Shown here piece by piece: positions 18,359 to 28,110 of a DNA stretch of 64,000 bases (position 1 is its first letter; the number at the start of each line of letters is the position of its first letter). The stretch is from Bacteroidales bacterium. GTDB taxonomy: Bacteria; Bacteroidota; Bacteroidia; Bacteroidales; UBA932. Below the pieces are notes generated by a model. That model worked only from the letters and a program-made list of their open reading frames with translations. It was not told the DNA's origin and made no database searches. The stretch covers positions 768-64,767 of the forward strand of contig JAFWPA010000087.1 in assembly GCA_017509685.1 (NCBI GenBank), in the 5' to 3' direction. Position numbers and translations under genes: made by a program.

Positions 18359-19724
18359 ACCTACATTCTCCATGGGCGGTGTTCATCCGCACGACAACAA
18401 GATTTCCCGGGAGTGCGCCATTCAGCCGCTGCCCCTTGCCCCTGTCGTTTACATTTCCGTGGCCCAGCACATCGGCGCACCCTCCGTGCCCTGTGTAGCG
18501 GTGGGCGACAAAGTGAAGGTGGGACAGGTGATCGCCGAACCCGGCGGGTTCGTGAGCGCCTACATCCACTCCTCGGTTTCCGGTACCGTCAAGTCCATCG
18601 GCCCGCGCCCGGACCTGGCCGGCCGTCCTTCCACACACATCGAGATTGCCGTTGAGGGAGACGAATGGCTGGAAGGCATTGACACCACCGACACCCTTAT
18701 CACCACCCTGCCCGAAGACAACAAGGCCACCGTCGAGAAGATCAAGCTCGGCGGCGTCGTTGGTCTGGGCGGTGCCACCTTCCCCACGCACGTGAAGCTG
18801 AGCCCGCCTCCGGGTTCCAAGTGCGAGCGCGTGATCATCAACGGCTGCGAATGCGAGCCTTACCTCACTTCCGATTTCCGCACCCTGCTGGAGAAGGGAG
18901 AACAGGTGGTGGTTGGCGCCGCCATCCTGCGCAAGGTGATGGGAGATGTACCCTGCACCATTGCCATCGAGGAAAACAAGCCCGAGGCCATTGCCCATAT
19001 CAAGGAAGTGATTGCCAAACTGGGCTACGAGGGTATCGAGGTGATGTCCATGAAGATGCGTTATCCGCAGGGCGGTGAAAAGCAGCTCATCGACGCTGTG
19101 ATGCACCGTCAGGTGGGATCCGGCGCCCTGCCCATCAGCGTGGGTGCCGTGGTTCAGAACGTGGCTACCGCGCTGGCCGTGTACGACGCCGTGCAGAAGA
19201 ACAAACCCATTGTGGACAACTCTGTTACCGTTACCGGTGAATGCTTCCCCAAGCAGGCCAACCTGCTGGTAAGGGTGGGTACTCCGCTCCGCTACATCGT
19301 GGACTACCTGGGCGGTGTGCCCGAGAATGCGGCCAAGATCATCAGCGGCGGTCCCATGATGGGCCGTGCCGTTGCCAATCTGGACGCCGCTACCGTAAAG
19401 GGAACGGGCGCCCTGCTCTTCCTCACCGAGGAACAGACCCGCCGTGCCCCGGAAAGCAACTGTATCCGCTGCGGCAAGTGCGCCGATGCCTGCCCTATGG
19501 GCCTGGAGCCTTTCCTGCTGGTAAGGCTCTCCCGCGCCAAGGACGTGGAAGCCCTGGAGGCCAACGCCGCCCAGGACTGCATCGAGTGCGGCTGCTGCCT
19601 GTATTCCTGCCCCGCCCATATCCAGCTGCTGGACAGCATCCGTATAGGTAAGGGCTCTGTCTTAGGTGCCATCCGTGCACGCGCAGCCGCCGCTAAGGCC
19701 GCTGCCGAAGCCGCTAAAAAGTAA
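18351..19724 (+). CDS. rnfC: Rnf complex subunit C
   Basis: GLGGATFPTHVK, INGCECEPYLTSD, YPQGGEKQL, CIRCGKC. Confidence 0.95.
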   Translation: MRKPTFSMGGVHPHDNKISRECAIQPLPLAPVVYISVAQHIGAPSVPCVAVGDKVKVGQVIAEPGGFVSAYIHSSVSGTVKSIGPRPDLAGRPSTHIEIAVEGDEWLEGIDTTDTLITTLPEDNKATVEKIKLGGVVGLGGATFPTHVKLSPPPGSKCERVIINGCECEPYLTSDFRTLLEKGEQVVVGAAILRKVMGDVPCTIAIEENKPEAIAHIKEVIAKLGYEGIEVMSMKMRYPQGGEKQLIDAVMHRQVGSGALPISVGAVVQNVATALAVYDAVQKNKPIVDNSVTVTGECFPKQANLLVRVGTPLRYIVDYLGGVPENAAKIISGGPMMGRAVANLDAATVKGTGALLFLTEEQTRRAPESNCIRCGKCADACPMGLEPFLLVRLSRAKDVEALEANAAQDCIECGCCLYSCPAHIQLLDSIRIGKGSVLGAIRARAAAAKAAAEAAKK

Positions 19725-19730
19725 GTGACT

Positions 19731-20708
19731 ATGAGTACATTAATAGTATCCCCTTCGCCCCATATCCACTCCAAGGACTCTACCAAGTCCCTGATGCGGG
19801 ATGTGGTGATTGCGCTGGTACCCGCCATCATCTGCTCCGTCATTTTCTACGGCTGGCAGGAACTGCTGGTACTGGGCGTGAGTGTGGCCTCCTGCGTGCT
19901 GCTGGAATGGGCCATCACCAAATATATGCTCAAACAGCCCTCTACCGTGGGTGACCTTTCCGCTGTCATCACCGGTATCCTGCTGGCGCTGAACCTGCCC
20001 TACACCACTCCCTGGTGGATGGTATTCATCGGCGCCGTGGTTGCTATCGGCGTTGCCAAGATGACCTTCGGCGGCATTGGCCAGAATATCTGGAACCCCG
20101 CCCTGGTGGGCCGTGTGTTCCTGCTGGTTTCTTTCCCTACCTATATGACCAGCTGGAGCCAGCCGCAGGGCCTGTTCGGCGTGGATGCCGTTTCCGGCCC
20201 CACTCCGCTGGGTACCATCCAGGAAGGCCTGATGCAGGGTTCCACCGTACAGGAACTCACCGCTTCCTTCAACTATAAGGACCTGCTGTTCGCCAATCTG
20301 GGCGGCAGCGCCGGTGAGGTATGCGCCCTGGCACTGTTGGCCGGCTTCGTGTACCTGTGCGTGCGCCGCGTCATCAAGCCTTGGATCACCTTGAGCATCT
20401 TTGCCACCGTGGCGCTCACTTCGCTCATCTTCTGGGGCATCGATCCTGCCCGTTTCACCGATCCTCTGTTCAACCTGCTCACCGGCGGTCTCATCCTGGG
20501 TGCCTGCTTCATGGCCACCGACTATGTGACCTCTCCCATGAGCCTGTGGGGCGGCGTGATCTTCGGCGTGGGCATCGGCTTCCTCACCATGATGATCCGT
20601 TACTTCGGCTCTTATCCGGAAGGCGTTTCCTTCGCCATCCTCATTATGAACTCTGTGGTGCCGCTGCTGAACATGTGGTTCAAACAGAAAAAATTCGGGA
20701 GGAAATAA
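19731..20708 (+). CDS. rnfD: Rnf complex subunit D
   Basis: SPSPHI, FGGIGQNIWNPAL, SGPTPL (FMN site), FMATDYVTSP. Confidence 0.95.
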   Translation: MSTLIVSPSPHIHSKDSTKSLMRDVVIALVPAIICSVIFYGWQELLVLGVSVASCVLLEWAITKYMLKQPSTVGDLSAVITGILLALNLPYTTPWWMVFIGAVVAIGVAKMTFGGIGQNIWNPALVGRVFLLVSFPTYMTSWSQPQGLFGVDAVSGPTPLGTIQEGLMQGSTVQELTASFNYKDLLFANLGGSAGEVCALALLAGFVYLCVRRVIKPWITLSIFATVALTSLIFWGIDPARFTDPLFNLLTGGLILGACFMATDYVTSPMSLWGGVIFGVGIGFLTMMIRYFGSYPEGVSFAILIMNSVVPLLNMWFKQKKFGRK

Positions 20709-20711
20709 GGT

Positions 20712-21269
20712 ATGGCTGCTAAATTCAATTTAACCAATATGGTGCTGGTGCTGGGCCTCACCTGCCTGTTCTGCTCGGCGGTGCTGGGCGGGGCATACGT
20801 CCTCACCAAAGAACCCATTGACGCCGCCGCGGCCGAGAAGACCAATAAGGCCATCGCCCAGGTGCTGCCGCACTTCACCGATGTGGAGTACAATGAATAT
20901 GGTCATTACTATATGGCCAAGGACGGCGAAAACCTGGTGGGCTACGCCATTGAAACCACTACCGTGGGCTTCGGCGGTCCCCTGTCCCTCATCGTGGGTG
21001 TCACCCCCGACGGTGTGGTGTACAACACGTCCGTGCTCTCGCACGCCGAGACTCCCGGTCTGGGCGCCAAGTGCACCACCGACGCTAAATTCATGGACCA
21101 GTGGCGGGGCTTCGACCCTTCCATCAAGAAACTGTCCGTGAAGAAGGACGGCGGTGACGTGGACGCCATTACCGCTTCCACCATCACTTCCCGCGCCTAC
21201 ACGCTGGCCGTGGAGAACGCTTTGAAGGTATTTGCCGAAATTAACGAAGGAGGATGCTGCAATGAGTAA
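20712..21269 (+). CDS. rnfG: Rnf complex subunit G
   Basis: HAETPGLG, VDAITASTITS. Confidence 0.93.
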   Translation: MAAKFNLTNMVLVLGLTCLFCSAVLGGAYVLTKEPIDAAAAEKTNKAIAQVLPHFTDVEYNEYGHYYMAKDGENLVGYAIETTTVGFGGPLSLIVGVTPDGVVYNTSVLSHAETPGLGAKCTTDAKFMDQWRGFDPSIKKLSVKKDGGDVDAITASTITSRAYTLAVENALKVFAEINEGGCCNE

Positions 21270-21849
21270 GTTCAAACTGATTACCGACGGTCTGGTCAAG
21301 AACAACCCGACCTTCGTCCTGCTGCTGGGAATGTGCCCCACGCTGGCCACCACCACATCGGCCATCAACGGCCTGTCCATGGGTCTGGCCACGCTCTTTG
21401 TGCTGGTCCTGAGCAATATGGCCATATCGGCCATCGCTCCCGTGGTGCCCGACAAAGTGCACATTCCGGTTTACATCGTGGTCATCGCCACCTTCGTGAC
21501 GCTGCTGCAGCTGCTGATGCAGGCTTATACTCCGGCCGTGTACGAGACCCTGGGTCTGTTCATCCCGCTGATTGTGGTGAACTGCATCGTGCTGGGTCGC
21601 GCCGAGGCTTTTGCCAACAAGCATGGCATAGGGGAGAGCGCGCTGGACGGTATCGGCGTGGGCCTGGGCTTCACCTGCTCGCTCACCGTGCTGGGTCTGG
21701 TGCGTGAAATCCTGGGCAGCGGAAGCGCCTTCGGTTACAGCTTTATCGGCGGCAACGACGGTATGCTGGCCTTTGTGATGGCTCCCGGCGCCTTCCTGTG
21801 CCTGGGTTACCTGATGGTCCTGTTCAACAAATTCGTTAAAAAGAGCTAG
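21262..21849 (+). CDS. rnfE: Rnf complex subunit E
   Basis: LGMCPTLA, FIPLIVVNCIVLGRAEAFA. Confidence 0.95.
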   Translation: MSKFKLITDGLVKNNPTFVLLLGMCPTLATTTSAINGLSMGLATLFVLVLSNMAISAIAPVVPDKVHIPVYIVVIATFVTLLQLLMQAYTPAVYETLGLFIPLIVVNCIVLGRAEAFANKHGIGESALDGIGVGLGFTCSLTVLGLVREILGSGSAFGYSFIGGNDGMLAFVMAPGAFLCLGYLMVLFNKFVKKS

Positions 21850-21852
21850 GCT

Positions 21853-22452
21853 ATGGAATATTTTCTGATTATCATTTCGGCGATTTTCGTCAATAATATT
21901 GTCCTGGCGCAGTTCCTGGGTATCTGCCCGTTCCTGGGCGTGTCCAACAAACTGTCCACCGCCACGGGCATGTCCATGGCCGTCTGCTTTGTGATTACCC
22001 TGGCCACCCTGGTCACCTATCTCATCAACCGGTACCTGCTGGTTCCCTTCGGCATCACTTTCCTGCAGACCATCGCTTTCATCCTGGTCATCGCTGCCCT
22101 TGTGCAGATGGTAGAGATTGTGCTCAAGAAGGTTTCCCCGTCCCTGTATCAGGCCCTGGGTATCTTCCTGCCCCTGATTACCACCAACTGCGCCGTGCTG
22201 GGTGTGGCCATCAACGTGGTTACCAAGGAATTCTCCTTCGTGCCCGGCGGTATGCTCAACTTGGGTCAGGCGCTGGTCTATGCCTTCGCCACTTCCCTGG
22301 GTTACGGCTTGGCCATGGTCATCTTCGCCGGCATCCGTGAGCACCTGTCCCTGAACAACGTGCCCAAGGCCTTCAAGGGCGTTCCCATCGCCATTATCAG
22401 CGTGGGTATCCTGGCCCTGGCCTTCATGGGCTTCAGCGGAATGGTGAAGTAA
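21853..22452 (+). CDS. rnfA: Rnf complex subunit A
   Basis: [26 protein letters not shown]. Confidence 0.95.
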   Translation: MEYFLIIISAIFVNNIVLAQFLGICPFLGVSNKLSTATGMSMAVCFVITLATLVTYLINRYLLVPFGITFLQTIAFILVIAALVQMVEIVLKKVSPSLYQALGIFLPLITTNCAVLGVAINVVTKEFSFVPGGMLNLGQALVYAFATSLGYGLAMVIFAGIREHLSLNNVPKAFKGVPIAIISVGILALAFMGFSGMVK

Positions 22453-22492
22453 GGAGCGTTTTCGCTAATACCTTAATAATTAGCGCTTTAAG

Positions 22493-22529
22493 AAAAGTCC
22501 TCCGGGTCGTTTGACCTGGAGGACTTTTT
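22493..22529. terminator. Bidirectional intrinsic terminator between rnfA and dcu
   Basis: AAAAGTCCTCCGGGTC-GTTT-GACCTGGAGGACTTTTT hairpin flanked by A and T tracts. Confidence 0.85.
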
Positions 22530-22566
22530 GTATACTGCGTTCAATCAATCAGTTAGCGAAAACGGC

Positions 22567-23943
22567 CTACTGCACAAAACTGGCGAAGTACCCCGCGAAG
22601 AAGACGTTGGTGATGAGGTAGCCGATAATGGTGGCCACAATCACGCTGATGAGGCCCGGCATCATAAAGCTGTGGTTCAGCAGGTATTTGCCGATGACGG
22701 TGGTGCCGGAACGGTCGAAGTTCACCGTGGCGATGTCGGACGGATAGTTGGGGATAAAGAAGTAGCCGTATACGCTGGGAAGCACGCCCAGCAGCACCGG
22801 TCCGGCGATGCCCAGTTCATAGGCCAGGGGCAGCATGGCAACCACCACGGCGCCCTGGGAGTTGATGAGCACGGATACCAGGAAGAAGACGAACGCGATG
22901 CTCCAGGGGTAACTGGTAACGAGGTCGCTGAGCATAACCTTCATCTGGTCCATATAGTTGCCGAAGTAGGTATCGGCCAGCCAGGCAATGCCGTAGATGG
23001 CCACTACGGCCACCATACCGCTCTGCCATACGGCGCCGGCCACGGCTTTTTTGGGAGCTGCCTTGCAGAACATGATGTTGGCGGCTGCTGCCATGAGCAT
23101 GATGATCTGGATGCAGATGTTCATCTTGGGCAGGTTGATGGCCTTGGCCAGGGTTTCGCCGCTTTCCACGTGGATCATCTGGCAGAAAGCGAAGCCTACG
23201 ATCACCAGCAGGGAGCCCAGGAAAACGAATACGGACGCCTTGGCTTCCTTGGTAATGACCTTGTCCAGGGTGGTGGCGGTGTTGCCGTACATGTACTGGA
23301 ACAGCTCAGGGTCTGCTTTGCGGGCCAGGAAGGCGGGATCCTTGTCCAGGTCCTTGCCGCGGTTGTAGGAAGCGGCGGCGGCACACATCAGGCCGATTAC
23401 GCAGGCCGGGATGGTGACCATGAGCACCTGCGGAATGGAAACCATATACCCGTTGGCGTTGGAAATGGTGACGAAAGCCACCACGGCCGCGGCGATGGGA
23501 GAGCAGGTGATACCCACCTGCGAGGCCACGGAAGCCACGCCGCAAGGACGTTCGGGCCGGATATTCTTCTTGAGGGCGATGTCGCAGATAATGGGCATGA
23601 TGGTATACACCACGTGGCCGGTTCCCACCAGCACTGTGAGGAAGAAGGTCACCAGCGGGCCCAGGAAGGTGATGTGCTCCGGATGTTTTCGGAGCATCTT
23701 TTCGGCTATCTGGATCATCCAGTCCATACCGCCCGACGCCTGCAGGGTACCAGCGCAGGTGACAGCCGCGATGATGATGTAGATAACGTCGGTGGGAGGC
23801 GTGCCGGGCTTGAGGCCGAAGCCGAATACCAGGATGGCGAGGCCGATGCCGGAAATGGCGCCCAGCGCCAGGGACCCGTAACGGGAACCCACATACAGTG
23901 CTGCCAGAACGATGAGCAGCTCTATAATCATAGTAAAGGTCAT
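22567..23943 (-). CDS. Anaerobic C4-dicarboxylate transporter (DcuA/DcuB family)
   Basis: IRPERP, ASQVGITCSP, YGIAWLADT, IPNYPSD, FDRSGTT, NHSFMMPG. Confidence 0.94.
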   Translation of the reverse strand: MTFTMIIELLIVLAALYVGSRYGSLALGAISGIGLAILVFGFGLKPGTPPTDVIYIIIAAVTCAGTLQASGGMDWMIQIAEKMLRKHPEHITFLGPLVTFFLTVLVGTGHVVYTIMPIICDIALKKNIRPERPCGVASVASQVGITCSPIAAAVVAFVTISNANGYMVSIPQVLMVTIPACVIGLMCAAAASYNRGKDLDKDPAFLARKADPELFQYMYGNTATTLDKVITKEAKASVFVFLGSLLVIVGFAFCQMIHVESGETLAKAINLPKMNICIQIIMLMAAAANIMFCKAAPKKAVAGAVWQSGMVAVVAIYGIAWLADTYFGNYMDQMKVMLSDLVTSYPWSIAFVFFLVSVLINSQGAVVVAMLPLAYELGIAGPVLLGVLPSVYGYFFIPNYPSDIATVNFDRSGTTVIGKYLLNHSFMMPGLISVIVATIIGYLITNVFFAGYFASFVQ

Positions 23944-24014
23944 AGTATAAGTGTTATTAAGGCAAAGATACGGAAAATCCACGATATCGCAAGAATTGTT
24001 GTATATTTGCGCCC

Positions 24015-25463
24015 ATGAAAACGAGCTTGAAACAAACGTTGGTGGCCCTGATTCCCCTGGCCGTGCTGGTGTTCCTGCTGGCACTGGATATCTCCATCTT
24101 CGGGGCTGATTCCATCCTGGGCGCCTCTCAGGTGGCCCTGCTGGTGGCGGCGGGTATCGCCATCTGGCAGGGCATGTGGCTGTACGGGATTCCCTGGAAG
24201 ACCTTCGAGGCCGAGATTGCCGGAAACGTGGGCAATGTGGCATCGGCCATCCTTATCCTGCTGCTCATCGGTGCCATCTCCGGCACCTGGACCATGAGCG
24301 GCGTGGTGCCGGCCTTCATCTATTACGGCATCCGCATCATCAGTCCCAAGGTGTTCCTGCTCACCGCCTGCGTGCTGTGTGCGGTGGTCTCCGTCACCAC
24401 GGGATCCTCCTGGACCACTATCGCCACGGTGGGCGTGGCGCTGCTGGGTATCGGCCGGGCCGAGGGTTTCTCCGATGCCCTGACGGCCGGCGCCATCATC
24501 TCCGGCGCTTATTTCGGCGACAAGATTTCGCCGCTGTCGGACACCACCGTCCTGGCCTCTTCGGTGAACCGGGTGGGGCTCTTCGAGCACATCCATTATA
24601 TGTATTTCACCACCGTGCCGTCGTTCCTCATCACGCTCATCATTTTCACCGTCCTGGGCCTGACGCATGGGGGCGCGCCGGAAATGCCGATGGAGGTGTA
24701 CACATCTACCCTGGCCGCCCGGTTCCACCTCACCCCCTGGCTGATGCTGGTGCCGGCCTTCACGGTCTTTCTCATCTGGAAGAAGCTGCCCGCCATCATG
24801 GTGCTGGCCTTGTCGGTGCTGGCGGCCTGCGTGGCGGCCATCGTATTTCAGCCGGATATTGTGCGCTCTATTGGCCAAAGCGTTACCGCCGGGTCTTCCG
24901 CCCGGGTGTTCTTCGCCGGTATGGTGGAAATCATCTATAATTCCGTTTCCCTGGAGACAGGCGTGCCGGAGGTGAACCAGCTGGTGGCTACACGCGGTAT
25001 GCTGGGTATGCTCAATACCATCTATCTGATTATCTGCGCCATGTGCTTCGGCGCGGCCATGCAGGCCAGCGGTATGATTGGCCATCTGTCCCGTATCATG
25101 CAGCCCCTCACGCGCACCCGCGGCGGCCTGGTGGGCTCAACGGTGCTCACCGGTACCGCACTCAACGGTATTGTGTCCGACCAATATCTTTCCGTCATCC
25201 TCACCTCCAACATCTACCGCCATACTTATGAGGAAAACGGCTATGAGGCCCGGCTCTTGAGCCGCAGCGTGGAGGATTCGGCTACGGTGACTTCGCCCCT
25301 TTTCCCCTGGTCCAGCTGCGGTATGACACAGGCCACTATCCTCAGCGTTCCCACGCTGGTTTATGCCCCCTTCTGCTTTTTCAACCTGCTCTCCCCGCTG
25401 GTTTCCTTCATCGTAGGCCTCATCGGCTGGAAGATCGTATGCTCCAAGGCCCGTGAATCCTAA
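24015..25463 (+). CDS. nhaC: NhaC-family Na+/H+ antiporter
   Basis: TGSSWTT, GAIISGAYFGDKISPLSDTT, LSRSVEDSAT. Confidence 0.9.
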   Translation: MKTSLKQTLVALIPLAVLVFLLALDISIFGADSILGASQVALLVAAGIAIWQGMWLYGIPWKTFEAEIAGNVGNVASAILILLLIGAISGTWTMSGVVPAFIYYGIRIISPKVFLLTACVLCAVVSVTTGSSWTTIATVGVALLGIGRAEGFSDALTAGAIISGAYFGDKISPLSDTTVLASSVNRVGLFEHIHYMYFTTVPSFLITLIIFTVLGLTHGGAPEMPMEVYTSTLAARFHLTPWLMLVPAFTVFLIWKKLPAIMVLALSVLAACVAAIVFQPDIVRSIGQSVTAGSSARVFFAGMVEIIYNSVSLETGVPEVNQLVATRGMLGMLNTIYLIICAMCFGAAMQASGMIGHLSRIMQPLTRTRGGLVGSTVLTGTALNGIVSDQYLSVILTSNIYRHTYEENGYEARLLSRSVEDSATVTSPLFPWSSCGMTQATILSVPTLVYAPFCFFNLLSPLVSFIVGLIGWKIVCSKARES

Positions 25464-25761
25464 GTTCATGCTCATATCGGATCCGGCAACCCCGCTCATC
25501 GGCACCTTTGTCTATGGGATGGTGTTCCAGCACAAGGAACTGGTGAAAGGCTATGCTAAAACCCACGGCGGCGGCTGGTTCCACAAAGACGACGACAAAA
25601 AAGTGATGACCCTCTACGGCTGCAGCGGCGACTACGGAGAACCCGACTTCCGCTTCCTGGACCGCATCCCCTCCGAACTCAAAGGCTATACCTTCGTCTA
25701 CGCCCCCGACTGGGGCGACGCCGAACACGAACTGGACCTCTCCGACGTAGAGTGGTTTTAG
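25453..25761 (+). CDS. Small hypothetical protein, PHPT1/Janus-Ocnus-like motif pattern
   Basis: GTG start overlapping the nhaC stop; KFMLI...QH...GGGW...DKKVMTLYGCSGDYG. Confidence 0.7.
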   Translation: MNPKFMLISDPATPLIGTFVYGMVFQHKELVKGYAKTHGGGWFHKDDDKKVMTLYGCSGDYGEPDFRFLDRIPSELKGYTFVYAPDWGDAEHELDLSDVEWF

Positions 25762-25814
25762 TCCCGCATTGTCATTTTGTAAAAAATCACTAACTTTGCA
25801 GTCCCATTGAGGAT

Positions 25815-25888
25815 GGTTCCGTAGCTCAGTTGGATAGAGCAACAGCCTTCTAAGCTGTGGGTCTTGGGTTCGAATCCCAACGGAATCA
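25815..25888 (+). tRNA. tRNA-Arg (anticodon TCT)
   Basis: GGTTCCG acceptor stem, AGCTCAGTTGGATAGAGC D-arm, ACAGC-CTTCTAA-GCTGT anticodon arm, GGTTCGAATCC T-arm; TAACTTTG promoter at 25791; CCA not encoded. Confidence 0.97.
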
Positions 25889-25897
25889 CGAATAACG

Positions 25898-25928
25898 CAA
25901 ATGCCATGGTCTTCGACCGTGGCATTTG
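25898..25928 (+). terminator. Hairpin/terminator downstream of tRNA-Arg
   Basis: CAAATGCCATGGTC-TTC-GACCGTGGCATTTG. Confidence 0.65.
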
Positions 25929-26001
25929 TCGTGGATGGAACGTGGCATTCCGAACTTTCGCCCTTTTTCTCGTTACGTCAAGATCTGCAGGTTGTGGCAT
26001 T

Positions 26002-26025
26002 ACGAGTTTTGGCCCCAAAACTCGT
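26002..26025 (-). terminator. Hairpin downstream of gltS
   Basis: ACGAGTTTTGG-CC-CCAAAACTCGT. Confidence 0.5.
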
Positions 26026-26040
26026 TACCAGACGTTCCTA

Positions 26041-27264
26041 TCAGTGTATCAGATTCAAAAACACAGTCACCACGCCCGTGTTGATGAGGTCTACGAACAT
26101 GGCTCCGATGATGGGGACGATGATGAAGGGTTTCACGGAATAGCGGTACTTATAGCAGACGGCCGACATGTTGGCCATAGCGTTGGGTGTTGCGCCCAGG
26201 CCGAAACCACAGAGACCGCTCACCAGGACGGCGCTGTCGTAATCCTTTCCCAGCAGCGGGAAGGCGACAAATGTCCCATAGAGTGCCATGAATGCCACTT
26301 GTGTCACAAGGATCAGGGATAAAGGAAGGGCCAGCGAGGCCAGTTCCCACAGGCGGAGACTGGCCATGGCCATTCCCAGGAAAAGTTGAAGGCAGATATC
26401 GCCCAGGGAAACCATTTCTCCAAGACTCAGTTCCTTTGTCCACTTGGGGGACAGGCCGAAGATATTCCGGATGGCAAAGGCGGCGAGGAGTGAGCCGAAG
26501 TAGGTGGGGAAGGTGATGCCGGTCAGGGCCAGGAGCCGGCTTACCCCCGATCCCAGGGCCATGGCGAGGAGCAGGACGCAAGCCGCACGCAGGTATCCCC
26601 GGAAAGTGGTCTCTTCCGTTACGGAGACCTCTTCGCGGGATTCCGTGGTTTCCACGCCACCCATCACATCGGAAGCCCCGGACTGTCCGGAAAGATTGTT
26701 CCGCCGTATCAAAGCCTCGCCCAACGGACCGCCCAGCAGGGAGCCGGCCACCAGGCCGAATGTGGCCGCCGCCATGGTGATGGACGATGCGCCTTCAAGG
26801 CCCATCTGTTCCAGCAGGGGCGAGAACCCGCCTGCCGTACCGTGGCCGCCGCTCATAGGGATGGAACCTGCCGACATGCCGAAGACCGGGTCCAGATGGA
26901 GCCCCTTGGCAATCCCCACGGAAATGAAGTTCTGCATGATGATGAGCACTGCCACCAGTCCAATCATAACCAGGAGCGGCTTTCCTCCTTTCTTCAGCAC
27001 CGTGACGTCGCACTGGAAACCCACGGAGGTGAAGAAGAGCATCATACAGAGGTCCTTCACCGTTCCGTCGAAGCGGCACTCCACCCCGAAGACGCTGAAA
27101 AGAAGCAGGGTGATAAGGGAAATGAGCAGACCTCCCGACACGGGGGCCGGTATGCAGAAGCGCTTCAGGAAGGGAATCTTCCGCGTGAAATAGAAACCCA
27201 ACAGCAAGGCCAGCACACCCACGCCGGCGCTGGCATATACATCCAGGGACAATACCTTATCCAT
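26041..27264 (-). CDS. gltS: Sodium/glutamate symporter
   Basis: CIPAPVSGG, MSGGHGTAG, AAATFGLVAG, GFGLGATPNAMANM. Confidence 0.92.
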   Translation of the reverse strand: MDKVLSLDVYASAGVGVLALLLGFYFTRKIPFLKRFCIPAPVSGGLLISLITLLLFSVFGVECRFDGTVKDLCMMLFFTSVGFQCDVTVLKKGGKPLLVMIGLVAVLIIMQNFISVGIAKGLHLDPVFGMSAGSIPMSGGHGTAGGFSPLLEQMGLEGASSITMAAATFGLVAGSLLGGPLGEALIRRNNLSGQSGASDVMGGVETTESREEVSVTEETTFRGYLRAACVLLLAMALGSGVSRLLALTGITFPTYFGSLLAAFAIRNIFGLSPKWTKELSLGEMVSLGDICLQLFLGMAMASLRLWELASLALPLSLILVTQVAFMALYGTFVAFPLLGKDYDSAVLVSGLCGFGLGATPNAMANMSAVCYKYRYSVKPFIIVPIIGAMFVDLINTGVVTVFLNLIH

Positions 27265-27267
27265 CTT

Positions 27268-28095
27268 CTATTTTCCATTAGCCAGGAACGCAGCCTGTAC
27301 GGGACCTATCTTGCGGTATCCGTCCTCGTTCATATGCAACTTGTCAGGCAGGTAGTAAAGGTGGAAGTTGAACTCGTTGATTCCCTGCAGGGCAAACTGG
27401 TCCAGTACTGGGATGCCGTAGTGCAAACAGCAGGCCTTCTGGGCCTCGATGTAATCTGCAAAAGTCTTTCCCGTGAGGTTGGGTTCGTCGGAAAAAGGAT
27501 TGTGCCCGGCATCTTTCCCGAAGAAGCGGAGGGACGTGAAGAAATAGATTTCGGCCGATGGATTCTTCTCCAGCAGCTTCCGTATGCAGTAGTTGATGCC
27601 GCCGCACTGGGTGGTCAGGCGCGAAGCGTCGAACCCGTCGAACTCCGTGTAGTCCTGCCAGGAACCACACTCCCGGCTGTTGGTATAGTCGTTGGTGGAA
27701 GCCCAAAGGACGTAAACGTCGTATACTCCGGCCGTATCCACCTGCCGCTGCAAGGTATAACCCTGTTCGCTGGAGAACCCGGCCCCACCCACGCCGTAGG
27801 TGGTCACCTCGGCATTCAGGAGATCGGCCCACATCTGCTTGGCGGCATCGGATTCGCTGTTGACAGAAAGGGAGCCGCCAAAGACGGCTATCCGTTTCCC
27901 GTAGTTCTTCGTCCCGCGGTAGGGACTTTGCCGGGCCACCGTTTCATTGGGAACCAGCACGTGCTGGTCCGGATGCGAACGCAGGGTGCGGAGATAGGCT
28001 TGGATTTGTTCGGGCGTGGGCTGAACCCTCTCCTGGGCTTTCCCGGCGGGAGAGAGCAGCGCAATAAGGATGGCTATGGTGAGAAAACGTTTCAT
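27268..28095 (-). CDS. Exported SGNH/GDSL hydrolase
   Basis: Signal peptide, FGGSLS, ASTND, DKLHMN. Confidence 0.85.
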   Translation of the reverse strand: MKRFLTIAILIALLSPAGKAQERVQPTPEQIQAYLRTLRSHPDQHVLVPNETVARQSPYRGTKNYGKRIAVFGGSLSVNSESDAAKQMWADLLNAEVTTYGVGGAGFSSEQGYTLQRQVDTAGVYDVYVLWASTNDYTNSRECGSWQDYTEFDGFDASRLTTQCGGINYCIRKLLEKNPSAEIYFFTSLRFFGKDAGHNPFSDEPNLTGKTFADYIEAQKACCLHYGIPVLDQFALQGINEFNFHLYYLPDKLHMNEDGYRKIGPVQAAFLANGK

Positions 28096-28110
28096 AGGCA
28101 GGTTGGCTTG

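Noticed and set aside
25561-25760. C-rich stretch before the tRNA as a second skew anomaly
   Set aside because: The count is only about 69 C to 51 G, compatible with ordinary plus-strand codon usage.
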